Assembly: GCA_965644265.1 (NCBI GenBank)
Contig: OZ286465.1
Location: 62,124,001 to 62,188,000 of the forward strand
Origin: Glycera tridactyla
Lineage: Eukaryota
DNA length: 64,000 nt
Direction of reading: 5' to 3'
This document shows positions 24,859 to 36,879 of the stretch, one piece after another. The notes below the pieces were generated by a model. The model was not told the origin of the DNA. It did not search any database and worked only from the letters and a program-made list of their open reading frames with translations. Position numbers and translations under genes: made by a program. The first letter of the stretch is position 1. Each line of letters starts with the position of its first letter.

Positions 24859-26470
24859 TCAAGGTGTCATTTCTAAACGCGGTAGCATTTTAACCTTCTG
24901 TGTTTGGGCATCTGGTGAGCGTATAGTGAACGTTTTAGGTGCAGCAGGTGGTGGTGGTGGTGGTATTTGTGGAGGCAGTGGTGGAAGTGTTGGTGGTGGT
25001 ATTTGGGGTGGTGGTGGTAGTGGTGGTGGTGACATTTGTGGTGGTGGTGGTGGTTGTGGCTGTGTAGCTGGTGTGTTGTCATCAACGGGGGGAAGAGGAG
25101 TGATGAGACCCAAGTCTCCCCAAGATTCCGCTGGTAGTTCGCAAATGTTAGATGTGTTGGGTGGATGGTATAGTCTCAGATTGTCGGCGTGACGTAATGA
25201 AGACAATATTTCAAACGTGTGCTCATTCAGCAGTTCGTATAGAACTTGATCAAAAATTCTTGTGATCCGGTATGGCCCCCAAAATTTCAGAGAAAATTTG
25301 TCTGTCAAGTGGCCTGGTCTGCGGAAATCTTTGATCAGAACTAAATCTCCTATCTCGTAGGAGGCGTTGCATGTCTTCATGCATTTGTCATATGCTTGCT
25401 TTTGCTTTGCGGCAGTGTTTTTCTAAGTTGTTCCTGGCCGCAGAGCGATAGATAGCTAATTCTGGCAATAATTCTTGAACTGCTTGAAGTGTGTCTGGCG
25501 GTATATTTTCTGGATTGGACCACATGTACGATTGCGGAAAGCGAGGTGGAACACCATAAAGGAGCTCAAATGGAGAGAACTGAGTGGCATTGCTTGGAGC
25601 AGACATGAATGAAAATCGGATCGAAGGCAGCATGTCAGGCCAGGACAGAGGGTGTTGCTGGGTGGTTGCTCTGATAGCATTTAGAATCTGCGAGTTGACT
25701 CGTTCGACCTGGCCGTTTGATTTTGGATTATTAGTAGAGATAGCTACCTTTTGTAGTCCTAAATATCAAGACAGCTCAGTCAGAAAAGGAGATATGAAAC
25801 TCGGATGTATATCCGTAGTTATCTGGATGGGTGTGAGGTATCTGCACACCCAATGGCGGAAAAATTGTCGTGCCAGTGTTGCTGCTGTCTCATCGATGCA
25901 GGGTATGAGTTCCACCACTTTAGAGAAGGCATCAATGATCACTAATAAGACTGTGAAGCCTTCTTGTGATTTTGGGAGATGTAAGCAATCCATGTGGATT
26001 CTGCCCAAAAAGGTAGGCGTTTCCCGTTGCTGTAAAGGGGCTTTTTGAGATGCCATGTTGCGTTTTGCCTTTTGGCAAGAGTCGCATGATTTCACATAGT
26101 GATATACATCACTGTAGAGTTTTGGCCAATAGTAACGCTCAAGAATTAAGGCTGCCAATTTGGGGGCACCTAGGTGGCTTCTCATCAAACTGTTGTGATA
26201 TGTATCTAGAATGGCTCTTCAAAAACGTGGAGAAAGGGCCAGTTGGAATTTGGTGTCATTTGGGTTGTTGGATCTGGGAGGTTTATGAATGCGTTTGAGC
26301 ATTCCTTCCTCATCCAAAAACCAGTTTTGCACATCAGCCAAGACTGATTTTGCTTCTCTCATTTTGTTTGGTAAATTACCTGTCAAAAGATAAGTACACA
26401 TTTTTGAGAATGACTTGTCTGTTCGTTGCTCGTCTATGAGTTCATAGCGGTGCTCTAAACAAGCTTCAAA
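24859..26470 (-). pseudogene. Integrase (H2C2, DDE core, GPY/F module, Pro-rich tail)
   Basis: SHLG..YYWP..CDSCQ; IHMD; IIDAFSK; TTD; SNGQVERVN; SPFELLYG; KFWGPYRI. Confidence 0.93.
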
Positions 26471-27095
26471 CAAATGTTCTTCCTCTTCAAAGAGGAATTC
26501 CATGGGCGTTGGCCCTGGTCTCGGTTCATGGTCGCGAACATCGGTATCTGGTGTGGTGGGTGTTGTGTTCAGTGGGTGAGGGAGAGGTGTGTTGATTGGT
26601 GTGTTTGGGTTTGTGTTTTCGGTGACTTGACAAACACGACTGGTAGGAATGTATGTACCACTAGGAGCGACCATATGAATGGTATCCAGGATTGTCTGTA
26701 ACCACTTAGGTTTGGTGGATGTGGGCGGGCTGTGTTGCGCTGGTGGTGGCTGTGTTGGTGGTGGAGGCACTTGTGTGTGTTAATGTGTCTGGAGGTGTCT
26801 CTGTTTGTGCGATATTGCTGACTTTACAAATTCCGGTGGCTGGCATGTACTTCCCTTTTGGAGCGACCATTTGAATGGTTTTCAGAAGAGACTGCAACCA
26901 AGCTGAAGATGTAGGTGCCTGTGTAGTGGGGTTTGTGTGTGTGAAGGTGTGTGATACCTGTCTGTTGTCAGAGTTGAACAAGTGAGCAATACATGGTAAT
27001 ACATCATTTTCAACATCCTGGCAACTCAAAATAACATCATGGCAACTCAAAATACCTTCGTCACGGTCATCAAATTCTGGTTCTTCATGTGAAGG

Positions 27096-28500
27096 TTACG
27101 AAGAGAGCATGATTCTACTCAGGCAATCTGCTACCTTCAATTGTGTGCCAGGCTTATGAACTATCTCAAATGGATACCTCTGGAGTTCCAGAGCCCAGCG
27201 CACAATCTTGGGGTTTGAGGAATGTTTGAGTTGCTGAACATACCGGGTTGTCAAGTTGTCACTATAACAGAATATGCAGCTACTTCCAAACAAGTGTCAA
27301 TTTTTGCGAAAGGCCATCATCAACGAAAATGTTTCCTTTTCATTGATGTGCCATTTGATTTGGTCTTTGTTGAGCTGTTGAGAAAAGAATGGAACAGGCC
27401 TGAGGACTTCCTGGTTGTCATACTGGGAAATGGTGTGTGATATTGTTTCTTTGGAGGCATCAGTAGTTATAATGAAAGGCTTGTTTAAGTTTGGGTGATG
27501 AAGAACAGCATTTTTAAATAATGTGTTTCTGATATTCTCCAAACTATCTGCCATTTCCTGGGTCCACTCAAACTTGACATTTTGTTTTAGAGCCTTGTAT
27601 AGAGGTGATGCCAATTTGGAAAATTGCGGCACAAATCACCTGTAGAAGTTTAACATTCCAAGTGCTCGTCTTAACTCTGAAACATTAGTGGGGCACGGGA
27701 ATTCTGTCATGGCTCTGACTTTTTCTGGGTCAGGTGCAACTCCTTTGTCGTTGATCTTGAAGCCCAGGAACTTGACTTCCTTTTTGGCAAAGTCACACTT
27801 GCTAGGGTTTACTGTAAATCCAAATAGATGCAGTTGAGTGAATACTGCTTGGAGATTGTCTAGATGAGAATTGAAGTCTTTTGATGCAATTATCAAATCG
27901 TCGAGGTAATTCCAGATTGGTTTATCTGATAGGGCACCTAGGGCAACTGCCATTGCTCTCGAGAATGTAAATGGGGCATGGGTCAAACCAAAGGGCAACC
28001 GACGCCATTGATAGCTACCCCTACCTGTATTGAAGGTGGTGAAATGGCGGCTGTTAGGGTGTACCATTAACTGGTAGTACCCTGATGTCAGGTCCATGAC
28101 TGAGAAGATTGTTGGTTTAGCTTCTGAAAGATTGTCTGCAAGTTGCTCAAATGTTGGTAATGGATGGAACTCAGGGAGTGTCTGTTTGTTTAATCTGCGG
28201 TAATCGCAAACTAGAAGATATTTGATTGGACTATTTGGGGTGATGCCCTTTTCCCTTACTAAGAAGGCAGGACAACACCAAGTACTTTCTATGCTGGGTT
28301 CTATAATGTTATCTCACAGTAATTGCTCTATTTGCCTGTCCATCTCTTTTTGACCATCCAGGTTGAGTCTGTAGGGCCTTTGGCGGAAGGGTACTGCATC
28401 AGGTACAACTTGAATCTTATTCTGCACATGATTAACAGTGCGCATTTCTTGTGTGGAAGTAGCAAAGCATTCTCTGTTTTCCACTAAGACCTCAATTAAC
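27096..28500 (-). pseudogene. Reverse transcriptase and RNase H
   Basis: CDYRRLN, DLTSGYYQL, RRLPFGLTHAPFTFSR, YLDD, KC.FAKKEVKFLGF; ITTDASK, EKETFS, RWALELQRYPFEIVHKPG..LKVADCLSR. Confidence 0.96.
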
Positions 28501-28547
28501 TGCTGCTTTTGAGATGCATCTAGAGGTGTGTCCTTGACTAAAGAAGG

Positions 28548-30416
28548 TCAATCTATGTGTGAATATTCAATGGGTGGTTGTGGTAAATTTTCAACCACGG
28601 CATGTTCAGTGAAAAAGGCCCCATGAGGTAACATGGGAGAAATTGTGACATCTGTTTGTGTAGAAGCATTTCCCAACTCTGGTATTTCATCTGGATATTT
28701 TGGCTGTGGATAATCAGGATTGTTATGATAGTCGTAATATTTATCATCTTCTGGAAAATGGCTGAGAGGGTTTGAATTTGGAAATTCATTTTCGGTTGGA
28801 AATGTTTCCCCATTATTTTCTTTTCCTGGTTGATACTGAACTTCAAAACTTTCTTGAGTATCAAATGGCTCGCAGTATGCGACAACCGAGTGGTTGTCTA
28901 AATACATGGGGTGCGATGATTTATTGATGACAGTGACTAAAGATGTTTCATCATAGAAAATGGTTTCCAAATCAAAAGGAGTTGCCAAAGGTGAAGAATG
29001 CCTATATTGGGGCTTGACAAAAGTTTGGATAGATTGGGTGTAGTCTGAATCCCATTCTGATTCTAGAAACAAATGTTCAACATACTTGTAAGCGTGTATA
29101 GCCTGAAATGTGCCAGGGGGTGGTGCTCTTACTGGAACTTTTGCAATGGTTTTTGGCGGGATTTTTACGCAATCAATTGGACTTAGAGGGAATCGATGAT
29201 TCCAGTTGCCATTAGGATGGAGTAAAGTGGCTATCATGCCCTGATGAAAAACGATCTTTCGTGTTTGGAAATCAATAGTAGCTTGGGTATCTTTGGGAAA
29301 TGATAATCCAAGAAAAAGGTCTCTGGGTAAACCAGAAATAACTTGGCAAGTGACATTTGTTTTCATGCTTTCGATACAGAGAGGAAGGGTAGTGGACCCT
29401 AAAACTGGCATGATATTTCCGGAAGTGTCTTTTAGGTGTCTGGCTTTGGATTGGTCAAGAAATAGATTTGCTACTGTTTGTAACTTTTGGAGTAATTGTT
29501 CAGAAATACAATTTGCCACAGCTCCGGTATCTACTAAAGCCCTGATGTGAACATTCTGAACATGTACATCAATCAAATTCTGAAATATTGGTACTTCTTC
29601 TGACTGAAGTATCGAAGCTAATAAATGATCATCATCTGAGGGAATTCTGTTATGGTCACTGTGGTTACTACATTCAGGTGTGTATGAACATACTAATATG
29701 GATGGCCATTTCACTGATTTTTGGTCAGTTAGTGTCTTTGATATCATGAAGTCAGAGCTTGGATTGCTAGCAAGTGAAGTATCTATGGATAGACATCGGC
29801 AAAGGGTGAAAAACTGTTCCCATATATTTGAGACATGTAAAAATTTCAATATGTGAAAATCGCTTTTGCTATCGACTGAGAAGGAGTACCTCAATTCAGA
29901 GACCACTTGTGAATCAGGAGTAAAATACCTGGTGTGCTCGTGAGAGCCATCTATATTAATTTGCTGTCCTGAGAAAAAGAGGAAACTATCTTTCATCGTG
30001 ATATATTGAGATGCTTGAAAAATGGGCGTCGTTTGTGTCGCCACATGTGTGCTGGCACTGCCCTTGGTTACATGGTCATTTGACGGAAATGCATTGGCGA
30101 TAGTTGTTGAACTATTTGCATTGTGGTCATTCACATGTGAGAAATCAATTGGCACTGGTTGTTTATCCGCAATTGCCAGAGGATTACATGCAGTAGGTCC
30201 AACAATTTCGGGTGTGTTTTCATCTAATATACATTCATCATATACAAAATTCTGGGTATCAATAGTTGTTTGCATCGCGCGATCAGATTGGTGGTTACAT
30301 GCAGAATTCATATCATCTGGTACACATACATGGGTATCAACAATGGGTGGCAATTCATGGTTGGATTGGTCACAAGATATAGGACAACATATCACATTCT
30401 CTACAGCATTACACAT
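28548..30416 (-). CDS. Pol N-terminal ORF (622 aa): long extension, aspartic protease, dUTPase-like region
   Basis: ALVDTGAVANCIS catalytic motif, DLFLGLSF flap-distal motif; VKIPPKTIAKVPV...VTVINKS...L after the protease. Confidence 0.88.
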   Translation of the reverse strand: MCNAVENVICCPISCDQSNHELPPIVDTHVCVPDDMNSACNHQSDRAMQTTIDTQNFVYDECILDENTPEIVGPTACNPLAIADKQPVPIDFSHVNDHNANSSTTIANAFPSNDHVTKGSASTHVATQTTPIFQASQYITMKDSFLFFSGQQINIDGSHEHTRYFTPDSQVVSELRYSFSVDSKSDFHILKFLHVSNIWEQFFTLCRCLSIDTSLASNPSSDFMISKTLTDQKSVKWPSILVCSYTPECSNHSDHNRIPSDDDHLLASILQSEEVPIFQNLIDVHVQNVHIRALVDTGAVANCISEQLLQKLQTVANLFLDQSKARHLKDTSGNIMPVLGSTTLPLCIESMKTNVTCQVISGLPRDLFLGLSFPKDTQATIDFQTRKIVFHQGMIATLLHPNGNWNHRFPLSPIDCVKIPPKTIAKVPVRAPPPGTFQAIHAYKYVEHLFLESEWDSDYTQSIQTFVKPQYRHSSPLATPFDLETIFYDETSLVTVINKSSHPMYLDNHSVVAYCEPFDTQESFEVQYQPGKENNGETFPTENEFPNSNPLSHFPEDDKYYDYHNNPDYPQPKYPDEIPELGNASTQTDVTISPMLPHGAFFTEHAVVENLPQPPIEYSHID

Positions 30417-31606
30417 AACATTTTCATGATCTAAAACACTTTGTATCGCCTGAGACTCATTCGAGTGATGGGGTGCTGCATCCTAACCTAAGTTTGGGCA
30501 GTTAGGGGCAGTTAGGGGCAGTTTCTACATAATTGGCATGTAGTTCTTGAATTGAATTGCATTGAATAAATCTTTATTTATACTCCAGCAAGGTAGGGTC
30601 CGAGGACTATATCTTACCCTTAGGAGTGCAAAATAACATGTAACATATATACATAGAACAGAGATACAATAATAGTAGTGGTCAATAACAGCAATGAACA
30701 AGTATTAAGTATACAGAGATTTGAAATGAAATATCCAGCTAGGGGTAAACAACTCCATAATAGAATAATCACATGTGAAATAGGAAACAAAAATAAGTGG
30801 GCCATAAAGGCACGGAGTTGAGGTTTTAGGTTGCATATAAGATCATTAAAAGAATTAGAATTATGCCGCTTCCGGGCAGTGAGATATCTAATATATCTAA
30901 TTCTACTAGATCAAAGTATAAACATAATCATAAGCACAAACATAGACATAATCTTTGCCGCCTCAAGGCAATGAATATTCCGCTGAATCTAGTAATAGAC
31001 ATAATTATGTCTCCCAGTCATAAACATAAATTCTGCATTCTAGTTATAATCATAGCCATAGACATAAACATGAAAATTCTGTAGCTTCCAGGCAGAGCAT
31101 TTTATGCGTTACCAAATAAAATATAGTTTGACATAGTCGAGCATTTGTCATTTTGGGCAGAAGCTAGGCTCATACGATATATAATAGCATTATATCAGGA
31201 TATCCTAAGCCGCTTATCTCTTGAATAGAATAAATTTAATCCTAGGCAAGAAAGGAAACATTGATAGAGGACCACATCAGCATGGGGCTGGAGTACTTCA
31301 TCACTCCTCACTAAGAGAAAGCCTCTGCATTTTCTACCTGTATATATGTTGCTTGATGTTATTACCCTGGCAATAGCCGGTTATCTTTTGGCTATTCAAT
31401 TTTAACCTTAACTCAATTATCATCTGCTTTAGTCTGTTCTGGAATATCCATGTATACACAACCTTGCTCTGTCAAATTACCTATATGTAATTCCCTGCCT
31501 AATTACCTATGTACAATACCTCTACCTAATCTGCCCTCATTCGCGGATCTCATATCACTGGGACTTCGTTGTTCCTATTTTGAAAACGTCAGTATGAGTC
31601 TCACTG

Positions 31607-32947
31607 CTATGTTCTGTTGGCATTAGCTGAATAGCAAGAACCTGCCTCATGACCGAAAGAATTACAAAGCTGACATTTAGGTCTCAAAATTTTGGCTGAC
31701 TCACCATTGCGTTTCTTTCTGCATTCTGCTATTCTATGACCCTGAATTCCACAATGATGGCAATTGCCGTCAAATTTGACCTGATAGGAAAAGGAGGAAG
31801 TACCCCTGCTATAATGATGACCTCCAGACTCTCTTTTGAAGGAGCGATCTCTGGAGTTGCTATATGAACTGTCTCTAGAGTTTCTATTGGATGAGCTGTC
31901 TCTGGACCTGCTAGTGTCTCTGGATCGATCTGAGGAATGAAAGGATCTATTACCTGAGTTGTAGCTCCAGGATAATTGTTTCTTCGTTGAAGGGCGCCCT
32001 CTGTCTTGTCGCGATGTGAACTGCTCGACAGCTCCAATAAGTTGTGATTGTTGTTGTTGTACGGTGTCTGTCAACGACTTTAATGAACGTTATAAGTCCA
32101 TTCGGCGCTGAATGATGGGGTGGAGGTTGTTGTCTACATGAAGAATAGATGAATCCACTGGTGATGTCGGTTGTGATGCGCTAATCCTGGTGGCGATTTT
32201 GTTGATTTCTTCTAAAGTCTCTGCACCCACGAACCAGATTTGGTTCTGTATTGTCTTTGGGAAGCCTGGTCGCATGAACGATATAAGTAATTCTTCCTGT
32301 GATTCAGTCAAATGATCTGAAGCAGGCACTTGGAATGCGTCCATGAAGAGTTGTGTGGCTCTTAACACGTAATCCTTGGTAGATTCTGTAGGTAATTGGC
32401 GAAGAAAGTTCAACTCTCTACGAGCAGACTCTAAATCTCTAGGAGAAAGGCCAAATTGTGACAGGAAGGCGTCACGTAGTGTATCAAGTGACTGTTTTTG
32501 TTCATTACGTAGGCGAATAGCCCATTTCTGAACTACTGGATCTTCCAAATGTCTACGGAATATAGGAAACACGTCATCTGGCTGTACACATTCTTCTTGG
32601 CAGGTTGCCTCGAAGATTTCCCACCAAGCTGTGACATCTAAGTTTCTAGTAAAAGACTTGACTTTTACCTTGTTGATTTTGGATTGTCTGGAATTGTCCG
32701 TATTCAGCTACGTGGCTGCAGTGAGAGTCTCCAGCAGTTGCTTATATAAAGCATCCATCTGGGTGTTGTTTGCTGATGTTGAAGCTGTTGGTTGGGTGTG
32801 TGGTCGATCATCCTCCATGGTGTTATCTGGGGTGTTGCTACTCCCGGTGATGATATTGGCGTGCGTAACGCAGCACTTCGAGATGTCCGTGTGACTGTTG
32901 GTAATCCCGGCAGAAGCATGGGCTGCCTTTCCGACAAGTGGCGTCGT
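31607..32947 (-). pseudogene. gag with two CCHC zinc knuckles and in-frame stops at 32708-32710 and 32090-32092
   Basis: CHHCGIQGHRIAEC and CQLCNSFGHEAGSC; ORFs 32090-32572 and 31607-32074 are in the same frame, separated by TAA plus 5 codons. Confidence 0.9.
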
Positions 32948-33292
32948 CTCAGTGTAGCCAGCAAAATCAGAGCCTCCCTGTTCATGTATACCTGATGGCG
33001 TTATTCCCGGCGTGAGTGTCGGCGTTTATATAGATGTGCACTAAGATGATTTAAAACAGCAGCATTACGTGCGACAGCTGGTGATCTGGCAGAAGCGTAG
33101 GCCGATTATCTAATATGAAGAGCCGACAGCGTTACTCTCGGCATGAGTATCACTGTGCTCCTTGACTTACGTATGACAGTTGGTAGTTCTGGCGAAAGTA
33201 TAGGTATCCATTCCTAAGTTCGTAGTCTGTTTCTCACAAGAGAGTATGGTGACTCTCTGCTTATCAAGCCCGGATTCTAATCACCATTCATG

Positions 33293-33763
33293 TGTGAGGT
33301 CGTATTCCTCACTTAAGGATCTAGTCAATCTCGGGATAGGCTATAGTGGGAGGTCAGATGAGATAGTGTCCATATATGAAGCACTGGTTATTCTGATGAT
33401 ACTTAGAATTCAATAAGGTATAACTCCAACAAGTAGTCCTGGCAACATCTTACTCCTTTATTGGTACATAGTAATGCATGGTATACAATAACTATGCCCA
33501 ATACTGCTGGAGGCTGGGGGATGATGGAGAGAGGTGTGGATGCTCCTAGCCCCAGATCCCAATTGTGCCCATCTCCAAAAAGGCTCCCATCTTATAGTGA
33601 GGTCCTACCCTCATCATCATCCATTGCTCACAGCAGTAATGGGCTTACCCAGATAGATTACTATAAGCTGACATGCTTTGATGACTGTTGATTAGAGTGG
33701 TGTCAGCTCTAAGATGTCAAGTGGATGACATTGCTCATTGAGCCGCTCAACGCCCGCCTGACA
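33293..33763 (-). mobile_element. 5' LTR
   Basis: TGTCAGG...CCTCACA; minus-strand TATAAG (33591-33596) and AATAAA (33457-33462); third copy of the repeat at 18189 and 19950. Confidence 0.85.
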
Positions 33764-34492
33764 CAGGTGGCAGGTGAGCTGCGATCACCAGATCTTCCGC
33801 TATTAGTGTTCAAGTATCAACTTCAATTTGGATGTCCCACGGCACGGAGGTCGTCCTTGGCGTGAACTTATCTCCAGAGCTTCCCGAAAAGCTTCGCACT
33901 CACTGGCTAGGCCAGTCAATGAATGAAACCTCCATCATCAGTGACAGTCCACTTTGGCTCACTGCGAGAAGTAGGTGGAATCACTGATTAATTGTCAGAA
34001 AATGTGGTACACCAAAACTACATTCCAATCTCTCGACTGTAAAGCAAAGTTTCTGCCGTACCACCCACCTCCTTGCTCTCAGATGGGGGATTGGTTTGGC
34101 TGAGGTTTAATGACATGTATCAACCCAGAGGATTGTGTATGCCGCATGATCCTGGTCTTCAAAAGCGAGTAGGCTTTGTCTCCTTCAGGTATCACACTCA
34201 CAAACCCTGGACTCAAGATAATGGGGGACCAGAAATGTAAAGTGGGACTAGTTGACACTTCAGACACGCCTTACCTGTCTAACATGAATAGGATAAACCT
34301 AACGATGGCATATCTAACTAGTAAACTGGCTGCTTTCATTTTGAGCAAAGGAGAAACAGTATGTTCAGATACACCTCCACCTGTCTAATATGAACATAGT
34401 GTACCTAATGATGTCATATCTGACTACATAATTGGCTGGTGGCTGATACTCAGATCTGATCGAAATGCTTTCATTTTGAGCAAAGTGCAGTA

Positions 34493-34566
34493 CAGTCGAA
34501 CCTGTCTATAAAGGCCGTCTTCGGTAGGATCGGAAAGTATTTGTATGTGGTCTTCATAGATAGGCC
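34493..34566. mobile_element. Truncated CAGT-terminal MITE fragment
   Basis: TA|CAGTCGAACCTGTCTATAAAGGCC matches the terminus of the complete MITEs in this window. Confidence 0.5.
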
Positions 34567-34579
34567 ATCTACTGCTGAA

Positions 34580-35065
34580 TACCAACCTTCACACTTCAGA
34601 CAGTGAGATGTCCACAGATATTGTGCCTATCACACTCAAGAAAGTGATATATGTATAGATGAAAGTGAGTCAGGAAGTGAGATATGTATGAATGTTGTAC
34701 CTCTCACTCTTCAGACAGTGAGATACTAATAGATGTTGAACCTCTCACAATTCAGACAGTAGAATACCTAGTGATGCTGTGCCCCTCACACTTCGGGCAG
34801 TGAGATACCCAACAGATGTTGTACACCTCACACTCCAGGCAGTAGCATACATAGAGATACTGTACTCCTCACACTCCAGACAGTGGGAATTCTATAGGTG
34901 TTGCACTTTTCACACTCCAGATAGTGGAACACCTATTGTTACTGTACACCTCACACTCCAGACATTGGGATACCTATAGATACTGTACACCTGATAATCC
35001 AGACAGATACTGTGCACCTCACTCTTCAGACAGTGGGATACCTATAGATACTATACCTGACACTT
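34580..35065. repeat. Minisatellite, about 41-bp unit, about 11 degenerate copies
   Basis: Consensus near CCTCACACTCCAGACAGTGGGATACCTATAGATACTGTACA. Confidence 0.88.
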
Positions 35066-36059
35066 CATTGCATGGGCATCACAATATAGCACATATGGCG
35101 CTGATGTGAAGTTGAACCAGAACCAACCAATCAACCATCCCTATCCTAATATATGCTGATGAACATCAACATGACCAATCCTGATGAAGGATTCAAAGTG
35201 GACTCAGGCCTATGGAGTCATTTGATGAAGGTGTCTCAGTATACTGTGGAACCAATCGATAGAGGTGTTGTGAAGTAAAGTTGTCTCACTATAGCTGAGT
35301 ATGTGGAGTCAATTGATAGAGGGGCCATATTATAGCGTGGTATGTGGGGTTAATATATCTCTTGTGGGAGTGTGCGCGTGTGGGGGTAGCAGGCCATAGC
35401 AACTGAGTAACCCTGGACAAGCGCACCTGTCAGCATGCATTGAAATTGATGGAGGGCAGACAACTATGAGGACATCGAATTCCTGATTTAATTCAATTCA
35501 ATTAACAAATGATAAAATATGATGTCAATGCTTGATGAGGCAAATGATTTACAAGAATGATGTCAAACCTGATGTGGTATATGATTGATGAATGATGGTC
35601 GGATCAAATAACCCTGATGAACAATACAATAAATCTCTGACAGAGACGTTTGTTTCTAAACCATTCTATTTTCCAAAAATCATTTGAAATGTTCTATCCA
35701 CATGTCATATGTTTCGTGGTATTTGATTATGCGGGAATCCCAGCCTCAAGCTGATCGATGAAGGAAACTCTTCAATGAAAAAGAAAGAGGGATGAGAGAG
35801 TGAGAGAGAGACACAAAGAGATAGAGAGAGAGAAAGAAGGCGAAAGAGGGGCTATGTAAATCACTGAAGCATCGTAGCTCGATGGAAAAGTACTTAGGGT
35901 GTCGTTCACACCTTCTGTACAGCTGTGGCTTCACACTTTCTATACTGCCGTGGCTTCACACACTTTCCGCAGCCGTAGCTTCTATCCACGTGTGTGGTCG
36001 CACGTGCTTCCATTGTCACATCAAACATGACTTGATGTGGAATATGTCGCCAAATTCTC

Positions 36060-36270
36060 CTCATCCCCTCCTCCTTCTCCTTCTCCTTCTCCTTCTCCTT
36101 CTCCTGCGCCTGCTCCTGCTCCTCCTCCTCTTCATGACAATAATGATAATGATAGTAATTATCGTTATCTTCATTATTGTTATCATTATTATTACTACCA
36201 TTAGTATCATCATCATTATCAATTTAATAACTATCAATATTCTTATTCTTATTCTTATCATTATCATTTC
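36060..36270. repeat. (CTT/CTC)n and (ATT/ATC)n microsatellites
   Basis: Direct inspection. Confidence 0.9.
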
Positions 36271-36879
36271 TAACTATTATTTGTGTGGTTATATATGTCA
36301 TTCCACCAGTCGATCAGTTAATCCATCCATCGTTCCATCCCTCAATCCCACCGTCAATCCATACATCCATCCACAAGTCTATTCATCAAGCCATCCCTAT
36401 TCACGGGATAAAGGTCGAAGCTTGGCAAGACACAATACTCTATCTGTAAGCAAATTTCATCATAGCGCCACCGCTGACCTAGGACCATTCTTTTCAGATC
36501 CCAGATATGCGACCAGCCTTGGTGGTGAGTAGCTCATGCCTTTTTCCATGTCTGTATTTGTTAGTGACGTGCATGGTTCGGCCATACTGGTAGATGCATC
36601 CTCACACCTGTAGTGTGGTCACCAATCCCACGACTAGCTGCAGCCATTGCAGTTTCACATTTGGGCCTAGTGTGTAAAAGTGGCACGCCACAATNNNNNN
36701 NNNNNNNNNNNNNNNNNNNNNNNNNNNNNNNNNNNNNNNNNNNNNNNNNNNNNNNNNNNNNNNNNNNNNNNNNNNNNNNNNNNNNNNNNNNNNNNNNNNN
36801 NNNNNNNNNNNNNNNNNNNNNNNNNNNNNNNNNNNNNNNNNNNNNNNNNNNNNNNNNNNNNNNNNNNNNNNNNNNNNNN

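Larger units (their letters stand above)
23100..33763 (-). mobile_element. Near-complete Ty3/Gypsy element (5' LTR, gag, 1.1-kb spacer, pol, 3' region; no adjacent 3' LTR)
   Basis: LTR 33293-33763; gag with two CCHC knuckles; PR-RT-RH-IN domain order; several stops and frameshifts. The left boundary is uncertain. Confidence 0.9.

Noticed and set aside
34580-35065. CRISPR-like array
   Set aside because: Head-to-tail degenerate units with no unique spacers, no cas genes, eukaryotic context.
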